A DNA stretch of 32,000 nucleotides from Aquifex aeolicus VF5 (GTDB lineage Bacteria > Aquificota > Aquificia > Aquificales > Aquificaceae), in NCBI RefSeq assembly GCF_000008625.1, contig NC_000918.1:1320001-1352000 (forward strand), in the 5' to 3' direction. The stretch's first letter is position 1, and every line of letters starts with the position of its first letter. Shown one piece after another: positions 29,091 through 32,000 of the stretch. The position numbers and the translations under genes were made by a program. Below the pieces are notes generated by a model. That model saw nothing but the letters and a program-made list of their open reading frames with translations. It was not told where the DNA came from and did not search any database.

Positions 29091-30040
29091 TAATCGTCCT
29101 TGGCGCATTAATCACGGTAGTTTCCCTGCCTTTTTTTTACTCAAAACTTAAAGAAAAGCAAAGGATAAGAGAGAACTTTTTTCGCAGGGCAAGGGATTTT
29201 GACCTGACAGAAGAAGAAGCGAGCGTTTTGTGGAAGTACGTAAAAGAAACCGTCCTTAACCCGAACCTTGTATTTGAAAACAAGGCTGTCTTTGAAAAAG
29301 TAGTTGATAGGATAGTTCAGAACGGAAATCCGGAAGAGATAAAACTCATTTCCAGCATAAGGATGAAACTGCGCTTTAGCTCACTTCCCTGGTTTATTCC
29401 TTTAACTTCCACTAGGGATATAGAGGTATACCAGACAGGTGTTCTTGTTGTAAGAAATAGAAGAGTAGACGCCTACGTTTACGACAAGGACGAGGAATTT
29501 CTTTACATAGCCCTCTTAGAACCCGTAGTGGTAAAGCCGGGAGAAAGGGTTTCCTTTTTCTTCCTCAGGGAGAACGACGCCAGATACAGTTTCGACGCTA
29601 CCGTAGAAAAAGTTTTCAACGAAGGAGGAAGGACGGTAATAGTGGTAAGACACACAAGCGAGATAAAAAGGATACAGCTAAGGGAAAGTGTAAGGTGGAA
29701 AGTGAAGCTCCCTGTAAAGTTTACCCTTTTGAAGGAAAACGGTGAGGAGATAAACGCGGAAGGACAACTGGAAGACATCAGCGTAAAAGGGGCAAGGGTT
29801 TGCTTTGAGGGAAGACTAGACATCAAAGAAGGCGACAGGATACTCCTTGACTTTACACTTAAAAACTATACATTTAAAAATTTGCTCGGCACGGTGGTAC
29901 ACCAGATAGTGTACGAGAAGAGAACGTGCCTGGGTATTAAGTTTGAAGAACTTTCTCGTAAGGAAGAGGAAGTTATAGGACAGTTCATTTTGGAAGAACA
30001 GAGAAAGCTACTGAAGGCTTACAAGGAAGGAGAGGTATGA
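29003..30040 (+). CDS. Membrane-anchored PilZ-domain protein (YcgR/YpfB-like architecture), predicted c-di-GMP effector
   Basis: N-terminal [23 protein letters not shown]; C-terminal PilZ signatures IQLRESVRW (RxxxR) and [14 protein letters not shown] (D/NxSxxG). Confidence 0.8.
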
Positions 30041-31338
30041 GTAACAGAGTAGTCATTATCGGAAGACCCAATGTGGGAAAGTCCACACTGTTCAACAGGA
30101 TTATAGGGAAAAGATACGCCATAGTTGAAGACTATCCCGGCGTTACGAGGGACAAAATAGAAGCAAAGGCAGAGTGGGCGGGCAAAGAGTTCATAATAGT
30201 GGACACAGGGGGACTCGTTCCAGAAACGAAGGACGAACTCATCAGAGAAGTTAAAAAAGTTGTGGAACAGGAAATCCCGAAAGCGGACGTAATACTCTTC
30301 GTGGTGGATGGAAAGGAAGGGCTAAATCCTCTGGATCAGGAGATAGCAAAGTACCTTTACCCTTACGCGGATAAAGTTCTCCTCGTCGTAAACAAGATAG
30401 ACAACCTGAGGCAGGAGAAAAACGTAGCAGAGTTTTACACCCTAGGTTTTGAAAAGATTTTTCCTATATCCGCCCAACACGGAAAAGGGGTTGGAGAGCT
30501 TCTGGACGAGGTTGTAAAGTACCTCAAAGAAGAGAAGGTAGAGACTGTAGAAGAGGGTATAAAGGTAGCCTTTATAGGAAGACCGAACGTGGGGAAATCC
30601 TCGCTCGTTAATGCAATCCTCAAGGACGAGAGGGTTATAGTTTCGCCCATTGCAGGAACCACTAGGGACGCGATAGAAATACCCTTCAGGTGGAAGGACA
30701 AAAACTTCATTTTGATAGACACTGCCGGTGTGAGGAGACCCTCAAACGTTGAATACGGTATAGAGTTTTATTCCGTAGGGAGGAGTTTAAAGGCTATTGA
30801 CCTTGCGGATGTATGCTGTTTAGTCATAGACGCCTCGGAAGGTCCTACCCGTCAAGATAAGAGACTCGGAGGACTTATAGAGAGAAGGTATAAGGGTTGT
30901 GTCATAGTTGCAAACAAGATGGACATATCTCCATGGAGTGAAGAAGAGCTTGAAGGGATAATCAGAAAGGAACTCTTCTTTTTAGACTTCGCACCAATAG
31001 TGTTTACGGTTGCGACGAAGGGAAAGGGAGTTGAGGAACTCCTGAACTGGATAGACGTAGTTTACAAGGATTACACAAAACAACACAAGACTTCCTTTGT
31101 AAACCGAGCGGTTCACAAAATACTCTCTGAAAAACCGCCTCCTAGGTACAGGGGAAAGGAGGTAAAGGTTTATTACGCCTTTCAGGAAAGCACGAAACCG
31201 CCAACGATTGTTCTCATAACAAACTACCCTGACGCCTGGAAGGAAAACTACAAACGCTTTTTCATAAAGAAACTCAGAGAGTACCTGAACATCAAGTATG
31301 CCCCAATAAAGCTCGTGATAAAGGGAAGGGAAGATTAA
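30037..31338 (+). CDS. der: Double-Era-like ribosome biogenesis GTPase Der/EngA
   Basis: Two G domains: [18 protein letters not shown]...[11 protein letters not shown]...DTGGLVP and [19 protein letters not shown]...[10 protein letters not shown]...DTAGVRR, plus KH-like C-terminus [17 protein letters not shown]. Confidence 0.97.
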
Positions 31339-32000
31339 TTATTGATAACTCCTCACAAGGGAAAGGACTACGAGTTCCCAGCCGTTTGCGAGGACAAAGA
31401 GCATTATCTTAAAGGGGAGGGAGATGAGCTGGGGCGGTATCATGATTATCCCCATGGAAATTAAAATTGAAGCCACCACGAGGTCCACTATGAGGAAGGG
31501 AATGTAAAGGAGGAAGACTATCTCAAAGGCGGTTTTTAGTTCGCTCACCATAAATGCGGGAATTACGACTCTCAAAGGGATTTCGTGAGGTTCTTTTACG
31601 GAGTCCTTCGGGATTTTCGCTATACTCAGGAAAGCCTCTAAGGTTTCCTTTCTCGTGTGCTTGAGCATAAAGTCCTTGGCGTAAAACTCAACTCTTTTAA
31701 AGAACTCCTCATCGCTTATTTCCTCTCTTATGTAAGGCTGGAGAGCCTCTGAATTTATCTTGTCTATCGTAGGCTTCATTATAAAGAAGGTAAGAAAAAG
31801 GGAAAGGGCTATTATCACTTGATTTGGCGGTGCTTGGGGAGTGCCTATTGCCTGTCTCAGAAGTGATAGAACCACCACTAGCCTCGTAAAGGAGGTAAAC
31901 ATTATAAGGATTGAAGGGACGAGACTGAGGATAGTTAAGAATATCAGGAGCCTTATAGAATCTACTAAGTTCCCCTCACCGACTTTTAGTTCAATAGGAG
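31339..32000 (-). CDS. fliP: Flagellar/type III export apparatus protein FliP, N-terminus truncated by window edge
   Basis: The minus frame stays open upstream of the track ORF start (31902) to the window end: ...ELKVGEGNLVDSIRLLIFLTILSLVPSILIMFTSFTRLVVVLSLLRQAIGTPQAPPNQVIIALSLFLTFFIMKP; PPQLISLPFKIMLFVLANGW. Confidence 0.96.
   Translation of the reverse strand, partial: PIELKVGEGNLVDSIRLLIFLTILSLVPSILIMFTSFTRLVVVLSLLRQAIGTPQAPPNQVIIALSLFLTFFIMKPTIDKINSEALQPYIREEISDEEFFKRVEFYAKDFMLKHTRKETLEAFLSIAKIPKDSVKEPHEIPLRVVIPAFMVSELKTAFEIVFLLYIPFLIVDLVVASILISMGIIMIPPQLISLPFKIMLFVLANGWELVVLSLVRSYQ

Overview
This window is a dense, housekeeping-type chromosomal segment. The proteins look Aquifex aeolicus / Aquificales-like; that is my recognition from protein content and was not searched. 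Gene order: pmbA/tldE (5'-truncated) - small membrane protein - tandem receiver-like protein - rsmH (mraW) - rplM - rpsI - argC - dnaN - small secreted basic protein - LOG-family protein - sbcD-like nuclease - tilS - [minus] SucD-like/CcsB-like acyl-CoA synthetase subunit - nadA - [minus] rlmB-like SpoU methylase - [minus] M28 peptidase - [minus] ilvE - two adjacent SPOR-domain proteins - [minus] folD - [minus] GT2 glycosyltransferase - heptad-repeat coiled-coil membrane protein - PIN-domain protein - gcvPB - serA - pyrE - [minus] hflX - [minus] divergent hfq - uncharacterised ORF pair - HD phosphohydrolase - DUF3488/transglutaminase-type protein split over two frames - ArsR-type regulator - thioredoxin - PilZ protein - der - [minus] fliP (truncated by the window edge). 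I found no CRISPR array, transposon, prophage, rRNA or tRNA; intergenic space is minimal. I see no convincing complete new defence or biosynthetic system. The best second-look items are: (1) a recurrent pattern of -10-like boxes 6-10 nt upstream of Shine-Dalgarno-less start codons, suggesting leaderless transcripts; (2) an atypical hfq next to hflX that lacks the usual basic rim residues; (3) a PIN protein with no obvious antitoxin, paired with a coiled-coil membrane protein; (4) a frame-split TgpA-like gene; (5) a thioredoxin whose C-terminus appears frame-shifted; (6) a tandem degenerate-receiver protein; (7) a citryl-CoA-synthetase-like subunit.
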